DNA of 64,000 nucleotides from Amoebophrya sp. A120. Its lineage: Eukaryota > Protista > Dinoflagellata. A program made the translations under genes and the position numbers. The stretch spans positions 2,919,303-2,983,302 of the forward strand of contig CAJINV010000008.1 of the NCBI GenBank assembly GCA_905178155.1, in the 5' to 3' direction. How positions within the stretch are numbered: the stretch's first letter is position 1; every line of letters begins with the position of its first letter. Shown here in pieces: positions 30,282 through 43,000 of this stretch. The notes beneath the pieces were generated by a model, which was not told where the DNA came from, ran no database searches, and saw only the letters and a program-made list of their open reading frames with translations.

Positions 30282-30491
30282 TATCCAAGAAAAAAACGTT
30301 GTTAGTGTAAATTTGTGATGCGCAACATGCAAGATGATTGCGTCTGTCATGCTTGGCATGCGTCGCAGGGTACATTAAAGGGCTTTTTCACGTACTATCT
30401 GCGCATGACAGGTTTTTGCTGTCATGCCAGACAAATTTGTAAATGCTGTTCCTCCAAAAAAGTTACACCTACAATGTTTTTTTCTTGGATA
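30282..30491. mobile_element. Family G element downstream of the ATP2 stop (DR AGGCT)
   Basis: Ends TATCCAAGAAAAAAAC / GTTTTTTTCTTGGATA. DR at 30277-30281 and 30492-30496. Confidence 0.85.
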
Positions 30492-30600
30492 AGGCTGCCA
30501 CTTCTGGAAAATAAATACCTGCTTCAGGCGAACTGTTTTTCTACCTCCTGTTTGCAGCAAGAGCTGATGAAAACTGCAACACTAGAAGCAAGCACTTATA

Positions 30601-30808
30601 TATGCAAGACAAAAACTATGTGCGTGTAAGTTTGTGATGCAGAAAGTGCAAACCTGCTACACTTGTCATGCCGGATGTGCATCAGAGGCTCTTTCCTTCG
30701 TGTTTTCAGGTGCTGGATACGCATGACAGGTTTTCTGTGTCATGCAGAGCAAACTTGTGATGCTATTCTTCCAACAAAATTACAGCTACACAGTTTTTTC
30801 CTTGGATA
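30601..30808. mobile_element. Family G element (DR TTATA)
   Basis: Similar along its length to 30282-30491. DR at 30596-30600 and 30809-30813. Confidence 0.8.
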
Positions 30809-32816
30809 TTATAAAAGCAAAAGCTTTATTTGCTCTACTTTTCGTCTCGCGGGATGGAAAGAAATTTTCCTGCTTTGAATGATAGCGAATTTTCATACCT
30901 TTTCCTTCTTCCGTGTAATTTAATATTAAAATCTTCTCTGTACTGTTCTCCGAAAATATTAAAACAGCCAGAGTGAGCCGACCTAATTTCTTCTCTATCT
31001 TCTAAATACTTGTAGTTCCTACGTATCAACAAAACATCTCATCGCAAAAAAGCGAAATCGCTCTGCTCGGCAGCCTGGTCGCGTGAATACTTATCTTCTT
31101 CACAGTGGTAGCGCTGGTTGGTACCCGAAATGTTCTTTGCTATATTTCAATCCCAAAATAATTCGCTTGCTTGCACTCCAGGCCAGTCGGAAAAGAGGAG
31201 TTCATTCTTCAATTACACAACACAGAAGGCTGGCAAAAAGTCTTTTAGGAGTTTCTGACAAAGGAACCTCTTGTAGTTCTTGTGGAGGAACATCCGATGA
31301 TGTAGTAGCAGTTCAAGCAACATCAACAGGGTTCGAAGGAATCTTGAACTTCGTACTCGTTCGAAAAAGAACAAGCGACGCATGAGAAAATCAGTAGGGA
31401 GTGGGTATGAATATGACAGTTCGAGAGTGGACGAGTGGAAGCAACAAGCTTCACGAGAGACATGTCAGGCACCACGCAAAAACGCCTAAGGCTTAGCTAA
31501 TATGATGCCCATGCATGGGACTGTGGCGCCGTCTTGAAGATAATCAAAAAAAAAGTGACAGCACTAGACCTTCGGGGTGCAAACAACCAGAGCGACAAAA
31601 GCAAAACGTGGTTTTTTCTTTTTTCCTGCATGGAGTGAGGAAACGAGTTGTAACATGCCGCGTTGACTGCGCATGAGCACACCGTTCAACTTTTTGTTTT
31701 TTTTTCTAATGTTTTTCTGCAGTTTTTTGTTTCTATTTTTTTCTCGCGGCACAGAACGTTTTAGTTTTTGCATGCATCGCTCTGAAGGCAAAAATGGATA
31801 CTTCTAGAAGACCCACGTGGACGGTGCCGGCGGCGGTCAGGAGGACGCAAAGCTGTTGTGGAATACCCAGCTAGCATGGCTTTGCGCTCTGTGCAGGAAA
31901 ACGTGGTCGACGGCTGTGCGTGAAACAATCGGAAGTACTGCTTCTCACGTGTTTTTCGCAGTACTGCCGGGAAAATTGAGTTTTTTCTCGAAGTGCTGAT
32001 ACCAGAAGCAGATTTTTTTGATGGTGCCCAAAGGACAGAGGCTTTGGGCGAAGAAGCAAGCGCACACGTGACCAGTGGCGCGCACCGTCGGCCGCTGGTG
32101 AGATTTGAGATCCGCATTACGAAATCGGATCAAAGCTCCCGTTCTCGGATCTGCTTCGGCAGTTTTTAGCAATCGTTGTCGTCAGGACCAGACACGTGTT
32201 GACTCTTGCCCCATCGACGAGAAAGAAAGCCAAGTGGCAACAAGAAAGGGAACCACTCGGGGGTGGCGTACCCGTACGTACAACGTGCGCCGAAGCCGAA
32301 CTGGAACTGCTGGTTTGCAGCAGTCAGCATATTTCACTTTACTCGTCGGAACTTGCTTGTACGTGTGTGCAAGAACAGGCGGGAGGCCGCTCAGTGCCAT
32401 CACTAGCAGCCAGATCTGAGGATTTTTGGAAGTAACCTCTGGCCACGAACCCCGAGGCATTACGAGTGCGAGACCTCCATTACGCGACGCGGTAGAAGCA
32501 ATCTCTTTTCTGGAGGACGCACGGCTCTCAGGCGAACCTCGACCGGCACCGGCACCACGAGCGCGACCCGTTGCCGCACCGAAATCGGAGACAGTGTGGC
32601 AGCTCATTCGAGCAGCTACTAGCAACCTTTCAGCGGCTTGCTCATAAGCAGAGTGGTTCGGCGGCGCACCGACGGAGCTGCACGCACCAAAGGAGCAAGT
32701 CCACACGACTTCTTGCTTGCACCGGGTGCGCAATAAGTATTTCGCGAACGAATTTTTTGAAGCTGCGGTGTCGACTGCGTGTTATTTCCACGACGCATCG
32801 ATCATCGCCGTACTAG

Positions 32817-35800
32817 CTGCGGCCCTACATCAACAAGATGGATTTCGCGGTGTGTTTCCCCGCGATTGACGCGGACCTCAAGGGGCTGCTGGAGTGGAAG
32901 CACGAAATCACCACTATTACAGTGAAAAATCCCCCCTCCCCATATCAAAACGGAATTTCTGATGCTGGATTTGTGTACACAAATCAGATTTGTATTGCAG
33001 AGAGGCATTGCGGCCAGATCCCCAGGCTAGGTAGGGGCGTCTGGGTCTAGTTGTTCAGCATGGCAAGCGGCTTCCCTTTAGGCCCAACAGCGTGACAAAT
33101 CGAGCCCCTAATGGGGCGGAAGCTTCTGCCCTTGTCTTCTTGCAAGACAAATGCGATTTGTGACCTCAAAGCAGCAACACAGATTGCCGGAAGCATACCG
33201 CTTCGGTATGGGGAAGGGGGGTTTGTCCTTGCTATAACCACCCAACTGAAAGACAAGGACACGGAGATCGAGAAGCTGAAGACCGACCTGGAGGTATCAA
33301 AAGGAAAAATCCCCCCTCCCCATATCAAAACGAAGTTTCTAATGCAGGATTTGCGTACACAAATAAGATTTATCTTGCTGGAGAGGAATGCAGCCCCATA
33401 CTAAGCCTAAGTAGAGAGGTTCTGGCCTAGGCGTCTAGCATGAGAAACGTCCGCACTGTAGGCCCATCAGCATCACAAACCTCCTGCACAATGCTGCGGA
33501 GCTTGTGGAGTTGCCTTCTTGCAAGACAGACGTGATTTGAGGTCTCAAATCAGCAACACAAATTTCCAGAAACATACCTTTTCGATATGGGGAGGGGGGA
33601 TTTTTCTTCTTAATAGGAGGCCGCCCAGGGTGAGATCGAGAAGCTAAAAACCGACATGGAGGCGCAGAAGGGGGATGCGGCGTGCACAGAAACCTTGGAC
33701 ACTTTGGACAAGAGGGTGAAGGAGCTCGAGGCCATGGACGTAAACACACTCCGAACTGACTTCGATGTCAGATGGGGAGAAGTCAAGCCGGTATGTTGAT
33801 TTCTGCAACATACATGCTTTGTCTCTACGTAAATCATGCAGCGTCATTTGGGCGTCTCACATAGGTACCGCAACTGTAGAGAAATCGGCAATCAATTTTC
33901 ATATTGTTAACGTTGTACTAGTACTACAAACGGTGCTCCTACGTGGTAAAGAAAGAGAGATAAAGGAGCAGAACATCATCCATCAACTGAAATGTAAAGA
34001 AACTCTATTTTTCTTCAGGAACTGGAAAAAGTCGCGGATTTCGTACCGAGGCTTGCGCAGCAAGACCTGAAAATTGCAGAGGCAGAGGCCAAGTCAACTA
34101 CCGCAAAGGAGAAGTGCGACGATTTTGAGGTGCGCGTCACGATATCCACTGCACATAGATATGTCTGGGTCTAGAAATATTGGATTTGGAACTTGTGGTG
34201 CTCTCATCTGTCAGGAGGCACACAAAGATTTGTAATGCATGAGTAGAAAAAGGAAAAGCTGTCCACTGCTGGCCACGGGGACGGGACAGGATTTTCGAGT
34301 GCAGAATAGGCATCCCAAAGCTGTGACAGAGCGTGTCATGCTGGGCGTTGCATTCCAGAACCAGATCCTCTGGGCCACGGCCAGCATACATCACCTGCAT
34401 GACCAATCTCGGCGCCCGCCTGACCTACCTTCCCTGCGTGGCAGCCATCTCCGTCCTTTTACACAGGGAGAGGCAAAGCATGCCGTGCTTCGTCTGTTCT
34501 TTAGCATGACAAACTTCGGCACTTTATTTCCAGACCCGGACATATTTTGTCGACTTGATACACGAAGATCGACAACGAGTGGGCGGCGTACCAGAAGGAC
34601 GAGCGAAAGCTGCAGGACGTAATAACCAAATTCGACGACGGCATAAAACGGGTCGAGGGGGTAAGTGTGGCTAAGAAATCATGTGTTTTACCAATTGGCA
34701 AGGCGCTGGAATGAAAAAGCAGCGTTTGTCGTGCTCCTGCGATGAAAAAGCTAGAACAGGTGCTGTTAGCGTTGTTCAGGCATAGGTGGATATCACCTTC
34801 TAGAGTAGTAAGTGCAGCGGTACATTGTATTTATTTTTCGCTTGAGGCAGATTTGCGTTTCGAAACGGAGAAATGAATCCGCACTGCAGCAACAACTGGA
34901 GATGGATGCGAAGTATTCGCGGAAATATCAACAAATGTGGAACGAAGTGCCAAAAGCGCTCGAGGAGATGAACGGCAGGCACATCGAGCAGCTCGAAAAG
35001 CAGCTGCAAACCAATGCGGCGGATAAGGTTCGTACACCTGGTTTCTGAAGATGCGTCGTGACAAGTAGCAGCATCTTTTTTCTGCCCTCTACTTTGATCC
35101 TCTATTGTAGGTAGTATAATAGGACCACCACGTGCAGATTTATAGTAAGTTGATTGTATCAGGGAACATGTCAAAAAACGACAAAAGAAATTTGCCTTCA
35201 GGTGGCCGAAGTGCAAAACCTCGTGAAGTACTGTCTGCAAATTCTGAGCCGGGTGCAGAGCGAAAAAAAGAGCGAGACGGACCAGAAAAACTTACTGCTA
35301 GCATGGCGGGAACAGTCCTGGATAAACGCGAGGAGAAGAATGGGCATGGAACAGCTAAGAAAATTCGTATTCACTTTTTGACTCGGCTTGTTTTCCGGCG
35401 TTTTTCTAAATGCATGGCCATGGCGAAGGCACTACCGCTACGTTGTATTCTACTGTTATTTTTCGCATTCGCATTATTGATTCCCGCTCGTCTCGGCCAC
35501 ATGGGACCGGTCTAGTTATCGTCACCCCACGTGCAAGACTTAGTTTGAGCTTGTACCTAATATTTACAGCTGAAGTCCCGCATCAAGGATCCATTCCAGA
35601 CGTGGAAGGTCCAGGCCATGTACGAGACCACCATAAAGCGCATCACTGCCGAATACACGAGAAGGATATCACGCGTGATAATTTCATCTTACCCCTCCGA
35701 TCCGCTCTTGTGGAGTGCGAAAGTAGAGGTCAGCAGAGAAGAACTACCAGGATGACGGAGATAAAACCCGTCTTAAGTATATTTGCATGCTGACATAATT

Positions 35801-38800
35801 GAGGTTGTTGTCTTTCTTGTATCGAATCATGATCAGCATCGAGCAAGAAAATAGGCGGCCCTGGTCGATCGAACCAACGTGTCATGCGCAGCTCTTGCCT
35901 GTCTCCTCTCTGTTGTGCCGACGTTTTTAGGACTGTCGCCGTCGCCTCCGCCTGGTGACTATTTATGCGATGATCGAGACGAGAACGATAACGAAAGAGA
36001 TCGAGGGGAAGGTGGAAAAAATCTTTGCACACGATAGCTGATTCCGGACGTGCCCAAACAGCTGGACGAGCTGGGCTTCCCGGCAAAAATCGAATCCTTG
36101 CAAGACCACATCAGCAAGCTTAGCGACGAGAAGGCAGGAAAGGTACCGCTGAGGTGCTGCTTGTGGATAGAAAAAGATATGATTCTTGTTTATTTCCTCG
36201 TGCCGATCTGCAATAGTAAGGTCTGTACAACACGAGGAGCACGTACGAAAGTTGTTTCACTGCGTGCCTTTGTTCCTCCTCGCAAATGGGGCGTGCGAAA
36301 ACGAAAGATTAAGATTTAGATTACTATGTACGAAAACTTTTCTAGGACGAAGTCGCGGAAGAAATCAGCAGCACAGTATCAAAGATCGACGCCAAGGCGG
36401 AGGAACTGGACCAGTTACGGGAAGAATTCGTCGACCACAAGGGGGTCACAGAAACCTTGGAGGGTGGTATCAGCGCTGCCAAGGAATTGGTCACCTCAGT
36501 GGAAAAGAAAGCGGGCAGTGTACAACTTTGCTTCTTCATCGATTTTTGCCCACTGTAGTACTATCAACCAGCGTTTGATGTACTATTTGCAGAATTCCAT
36601 AACTACTTACGCAGATGCAGATGCTGTCGATGTCTGTGAAGATGGAAGACAAACTAAAGCTTCGGAAAAATCTAGAAGGCAGCTCGTGGAATCAAACTCA
36701 TCCTTGCGATGGTAAATTCAGCAAGTTGAACGAAAATTATTCAATCGACAATGACGACGTTATCAGGCCGAGAGCCGAGTGGAGCAGCTGAAGCAGGCAA
36801 TAGAAGCAAATTACGCGCAAAATACCGAAGTACAGGCAATGGTCAAGGACGTGCTCCTGATATGGTATAGAATTACTTTGCACGGACACGGAGGGCGGGT
36901 CATTGACATTGAGTATCGGAAGTGAAGGTTCTTTGCGTTGATGATGTCCTTCTTTTTTTATTGCCATCATACAATTTGGTTTTTTCTGGAGAATTGTCGA
37001 AGTGAAAGTGTATACTTGTGCCAAGGTATTCCATCAAGCAGCTAGATGCGACCAAGGCCGACAAGAAAGACATGGAGGCCTACGCCTTGGAAAGTATAAA
37101 CCGCGAAAAAGCTGTATGGAATGTGGAAGATTTCAGCCCGAAGTTATGTTCGCCCAGATAAAAAAACAGCTCTTCTCAGAGGGCATTCTGAATAAAGGAA
37201 GTTGCACAAGATTTGAACGCCGCTTGACATGATAGGTAAGTAAGTAGCCTCCTCGCGGCACGCCGTGTCTTAGGAGGAGAACAGTTCTTCCACCACATAC
37301 ACAGATAATTTCAACTTCCTCGCGAACCTCAGCTCGGAAGCACATTGATTGTGCAAAACTTTTCATACTGAAGACGAACATAACTCTCGGCACTGTTTTC
37401 CTTTCGATAGAGCAACGTCAGACAAGAAGTCATCGAGAAGAACGAAGAAATGAAGGGCGAACTAGGAAGCATGCAAGGTAACAAGACGGCAAGATTGATT
37501 TTTCTAGCGAATATTTTTCACCTCTTTTGTGCTTAAACTGAAGCAGTACAACACATGCAAATTACGAAATTTGGAGCTAGAAACGCAATGAGGAGTTGTC
37601 ACTGGGGCGATGGCGATGACAGCCTGGGTGTCCCAAGCAAAACTTCATCGCTCCTTATACATTCTTCGCAACAAATACAAAAATCAATGCAGGCAATGTC
37701 GAAGAAATTGGTCGCGGTTTTAACGAGCAGCAGGGCCAGTTTGTGAGTCTGCAGCAGATGCTCGGAAACTTGGCGTCTTTTGTCGAAGAGCTGGTCGTAT
37801 GCAATGCATATATGTCAGGATCGGGAATAAACTTGTGATACTAACAATGCGCAAAAAATAGATAAGCAACCTCCGCTAGAACAAGTACGGAGCCACGCGT
37901 GACAAGTTCTTTCTGAGCGACCATGTCGAGTATAAATTGCATGATAAGCCGCATTTTTGGTGCCATGCAAAGAAGTGCGCTCCTGGAGGGAAAGACGCAT
38001 GACAGCCTTTTCTCTCGTGTCAGCCACGCATGAGGACAATCTTCCAGACCAAGACATATGTGCAACTCATAGGTCGTAAAGATCGCAGAAATGCAGGGTG
38101 TAGAGGTCACCGGAGGAGCGGTATGATTGCAAATGAAAGAATAAATACAAATGTTCTGCTTTGCAGTAGTTCAGTGACTCACTTACCTCGTACCATACCC
38201 GCAATTTTTGTATATGTTGCACATTGCTCCTGGTTAGCCTTAGAGGTCCCAGCACTGGATACAGCATCGTCTTGCACTACAATCCGGATGCTGAAGGCGT
38301 GGTATGTAGAGTGAGGGGATAAGTACTACCACACTGCTGGTGGAATAAACGTCGCTCGAATTACTTATCATGATGTTGTTTGTTGGACTTGAAAATGATC
38401 AGGAAAAGGAAGCGAAGTCGATGACCAACATGGAGGATATGGAGCAGTGGCTGCATTATGCCAAGGGCGTTGTCGACCAGAGCCTCGACAACTACCACGG
38501 CGCCAGCTCCGGCGCAACGGGAGGTATGGGCGGCAACCTCAGTCGGGCCGGCAACAACTCCTCCCGGGGACGGCAGCCCCGACCGAAATCCGCGGCCAGC
38601 ATGGGCATGGACGGAGCACAGGTGTCCGGCCGAGGCCTATCAAAAGGAAAAATCCCCCCTCCCCATATTGACAAGGCACGTTTTCGAAAATTTGCGTTGC
38701 TGAATTGTGGCCACAAATCGTCTCTGTGTTGCATGAAGGCAACTCCACAGGCTCCGCCGCATTCTACAGTCGGTTTGTCATGCTGTTGCACCGAGAGCGC

Positions 38801-39007
38801 AGACGTCTGCCATGCTAAGCGCCTAGGCCAAAGCGTGTCGACTCAGGCGTAGTATGGGCCTGCAGTCCTCGCCAGCAAGACAAATCGGATTTGCGTACGC
38901 AAATCCAGCGCCAGAAACTTCGTTTTGATATGGGGAGGGGGGATTTTTCATTCTGATAAGGCCTCAGCACCGGCCGTAACGGGGCCGCGCCGAAGAGGCG
39001 CATGTAA
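32817..39007 (+). CDS. Long coiled-coil protein, many small exons; 5' end uncertain
   Basis: Heptad-like E/K/L exons (QLKDKDTEIEKLKTDLE, LDELGFPAKIESLQDHISKL, MEDMEQWLHYAKGVVD) joined across GT-AG introns and introners. The last exon ends ...PKRRM* at 39007. Confidence 0.6.
32915..33236. mobile_element. Introner family B, inverted orientation (DR ACCAC)
   Basis: Reverse complement of the 23773-24094 type. DR at 32910-32914 and 33237-33241. Confidence 0.88.
33295..33615. mobile_element. Introner family B, inverted orientation (DR GGAGG)
   Basis: Family B TIR. DR at 33290-33294 and 33616-33620. Confidence 0.9.
34143..34560. mobile_element. Introner family C-like, long (DR CACGA)
   Basis: ATGTCTGGGTCT / AGACCCGGACAT subterminal motif. 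DR at 34138-34142 and 34561-34565. Confidence 0.8.
37798..38071. mobile_element. Degraded family C introner (DR GGTCG), now readable as GT-AG
   Basis: TATGCAATGCATATATGTC...GACATATGTGCAACTCATA. DR at 37793-37797 and 38072-38076. Confidence 0.7.
38638..38958. mobile_element. Introner family B (DR AGGCC)
   Basis: Family B TIR. DR at 38633-38637 and 38959-38963. Confidence 0.9.
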
Positions 39008-40010
39008 AAACAACGAGGGTCGTGGTCTTCGATCGTCGAAAGAACCACAACAGCACGAACCTGTTTTTTACTTTGAACTTATTTTACCAACAGTGAAGAA
39101 GATGTTGCTTATTGAACAGAAAAAGTCCCCCGTGTCTTTGAACACTTGAAGACTTCGGAAGAACTTTGGTCAACTGTTACGTTAGTAGAGCTCCCTAATG
39201 TGAACAAGAAACGCACAGTTTCCAGCAAACGAGTTAAGTCAATTTTTCCATGATGTAGGCAGGCAACTAGAAAGTACGATTGAAAACGATGAAAAACGAC
39301 AAAAAATGAACAGAAGGCACCAAGCAATGGACGATGCTATTTTTCCTATTGCTGCTCGCTACTACCTAGCGGATGAACTCGAATGAATTTAAACACATCA
39401 AGCGGCGCCAGAATTCTGGGCTTTGTGCTTGGAAATGATAGAAAAAATCGTAAACCCGCACCCACTAAGTAAATCGAAAAATTCTACTTGCAGGGTTTCT
39501 TCTTGGAGAACAATAGTACCACAAACGAGGAAGGGGATCGTTCTTCTGTGTGATGGTCTCAGCTTTTTTCCAGCGTGCTGCGGAACGCGATAGGTGACCA
39601 CGTCGTCGGCATTCGATCTTGCGCACGTTTTATCGCATCTTTTCCTTGCAGGAGAGGCACTGCTGTCTGAAAGTTGAGCTCTGTGAAATCATCTCCATGA
39701 AGATGTGCTAGTACTAGATCCTGATCCTGTGCTGGCGGGGGCGTTTCGCAGATATTTGTCGAATTCGTGCTATGAACGATTTTTCCTTCGACCCGCTTGC
39801 CGCGCAAAGAGAACAGCATATCGCAAGTCCTCACTGGATTGGTCTCGCTTACAACATTGATTGTCATCAGCATCTCTCAACGTAACCGTAAGCAACTACA
39901 AGCAAGCAGAGCCTCCTGACGCCAAGCGAATATAAATGAAGAACCGTCTGAAGTAGACAACAATCCGTGGAATGTTACTGCACTTTGAAGATTTTTGAAT
40001 AAAACATACG

Positions 40011-43000
40011 ATGTGGACCCTCGATGAGTTCGAGCTTGGACAAAAACTCGGCGAGGGCGCTTTCGGGAAGATCTACCTGGCCAAGCGGGGCCGCGCGATC
40101 GTGGCTTTGAAGATTTTGCGGAAGGCGCAGATCAGCCGGCAAAAGGCACAGAAGCTGGTGGAACGGGAGATCGAAGTCCAGTCCAATTTACACCACGAGA
40201 ACTTGTATCAAGTGCAAATAGTTCTGGGTCTGGAAGATTTGCAAGCCTTGGAGATATTAGGTTGAGCACTTTGTTCTCGGATATAAGAAAGTATCTACAC
40301 CTTCTGTTGGACTTTGAACACACCTGCCACACTGAGTGGCCAAAGCTTCTACCTTCGAGAGGTCTCTAACACGTTCAAACACTTCAATCTCTCAGCAGAC
40401 AGGGCGAAAGCCTCTGACTGCGTTGCATCCTGTGAAGATTCATCAATCAAGGTTCATCATAGACATCATTCCACTCATCACAGGCTCTGAGGCTCCAGAT
40501 CTCTAGTCATTCTGGGACCTATTCCCCACTCTGTATGGGTGCGATTTTATCAGGGACGGAGGTCCCTGGTAAAGTTTTTATCAAGGTCGACGGTCCTTGA
40601 TAAAGTTTTGATCTAGGACGAAGGTCCTCGATAAAGTCTACCTCTAGGATTTGGCTAGGATCTGGACCATTCTGAGATCGGCCAAATCGGTACCGTAGGA
40701 GCCTGCGTAGGGATTTTATCAGGGTCGGGGGTCCCTGGTAAAGATTTTACCAGGGTCGCCGGTCCTTGATAAAATCCGAACCAAGAGAGCCTGACTTGCT
40801 CAAATTCTTCATCATTTGCATTTGGAGAACAGGCATTTCGGGATCTCGTAGAAGCTTCAGTCTTGCGTGGAGGTAGGGTTTAGATCACATGACCAACGCC
40901 CCTCCTCAATCGATGCAGTCTGTAGCCCCTAAGAGTCCTACTCTACCTTGTTCCTAAATAGATATAAAGTTGCATAAATTCCCCTTCTCGGGTCAAAATC
41001 CAAAGTCTACAGCGTACAACACTAAAGCTACTCCACTATCATCGTAGAAACTAGTATAGAAAGAAGCATCAGAATCATCCTCATCATCCGACTGGGCGTC
41101 AGGATGAGAAGAGTCACAGGAGATGACTGGATTGTCTACGTGATGTAGAAGCAGCCTGCGCTGTGGCGCTGAGCATTCCAGCTTCGTAAGTCCATCCGCC
41201 TTCATCAAATGCGTCGGGCAGAAGACTATACGACTGGCAGCATCTCGCACACGCAAATAGCGAAGAGCGCAATGCCGTGACTTCGGTTCTGTGTCTGTGC
41301 TTTTGGCTGTAGCGATTGCGGATTGGTTGTCCACCCACAAGATGGCATCACCCAGGGACGGAGATAAGCCGTCCTGCGTTTCTACCATTCTGGTAGGGAG
41401 AGGAGCGAAGAAGTCAGCGAAGTCGTTCTGCTCACTGAGCACAATAGTGTGAGAAGCTGCGATATACTCGCTTTCCGCCGTCGAATACGCACGCACAGTC
41501 TGCCGATTGCTGCGCCAGCAGATCGGGAAGCCGCGGTAGTACATAATCGACCCGGTGGTAGAACGCATCGTCTTCAAGCAATTCGCGAAACCAGCGTCAG
41601 AGAACAGGTTCAGACGTGGCACGTCCCTGCCCTCCGGCGCAAGCTTCTGATGAATCTCACTGAGCGTCTCTTCTTCCTCTGGACTGTACGATAGTCCCAC
41701 TTCCTTCGTTGTCAGGAGGAACTTTATCACTTTTCTACAGGCGTCAGCGATCCTTTTCGTGGCTGGTTTGCTCACGTAGCGAGCTAGAGTAGAAACCGGC
41801 ACACAAATGTCAGGACGCGCAGTGGTCGCGATCCATTGCAACGCACCAACTACGGATCTGAGAGGATAATCCTTCAGCTCTTCAAGATCTTCTTCCGTCA
41901 GAGCTGACTCGTCAAAATTCGGAGAGCGTACCGGCTTGCCAAGCGTGACAGCGAACTTCTTAGCAATTTTCTCTATATACTCCTCCATGGTCACACGCGC
42001 TGACTTGTGCTCCCTAGAGTAGTACACAATCGCCCCAAGGAAGTCGAACTTTTGCCACTCGATACCATTGGAATCGGTAAAGAGCTCGACAGCTATCTCA
42101 CGCCCGGGGACGCGCGACAGAGTCTTTCGCAACTCGGCACGAAGTTCAGCAAGATCAGGTCCTGCGATCAAGTTGTCGTCGACATAGACAGCAAGCTTGA
42201 GATATCTTCCTGGGTGCGATAAGCTTGGCTTTCTCCACAAACCAGGCGCAGAAGGACAGGGCTCCCAACCTAACTCGGTCAAGATGCTCTCATACTTCTT
42301 AAACCAGGCCCGCGGTGCGTCCTTTAGCCCATAAAGCGCTTTGTGTAGCTTCACGACTGCCGTCTTGTGCTTTGCTGCCCAGATGGGTGGCAAACGGCAA
42401 TAGACGTCGCGATCTAACAAGGCATTAAGGAACGCGCTATCGAGATCATGCGGGATGACGTGAGCACCATCTGCGGCAGCAGATACCAGTAGCAAGCGAT
42501 TAGCTGCATGCGAGACAACTGGCGCGAAGGTGTCAATGTCACCCGATCGATCAAGATTGCCAAGTACACAGGCTCGAGCTTTATACGTCCCGTCGCGCTT
42601 AACGGTCAGTATGATAGCGATTGGAAGCACTTGCTTCGCGGTAGCTAGCTCCTCGTCAGAGGCTGGCTTCCGCGTCTCATATGCTAGCAGACGAGCTTCC
42701 TCCTTGTCAGTTACCTTCTGCCACTTAGCTGCAAGCTCAGCGTCAGGCAATTTGACAGCCTTCTCAGCGGAAAGATAAGCTTCCCAGGAGTCAGCATTCG
42801 TCAGCATCGCTATGGCCTCGACGATCTCCTCCCCATCGTCAAGCATGCCAATAGCGTTCCAATTCGCTGCGGCAAACGCCTCTGCGTTCTTCTTCAACTT
42901 CTCGAGCTGTGCTTTTGTGCGCCGAGAGCGTTTCTTCTTATCCTTGGCCCCTTTTGGACGTCCGCGGCCCGGTTTGGAGTTGCGGTTGCCAGCCACAACC

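Noticed and set aside
40543-40777. CRISPR-like palindromic repeats
   Set aside because: The units abut without unique spacers, lie inside an LTR, and there are no cas genes. The context is eukaryotic.
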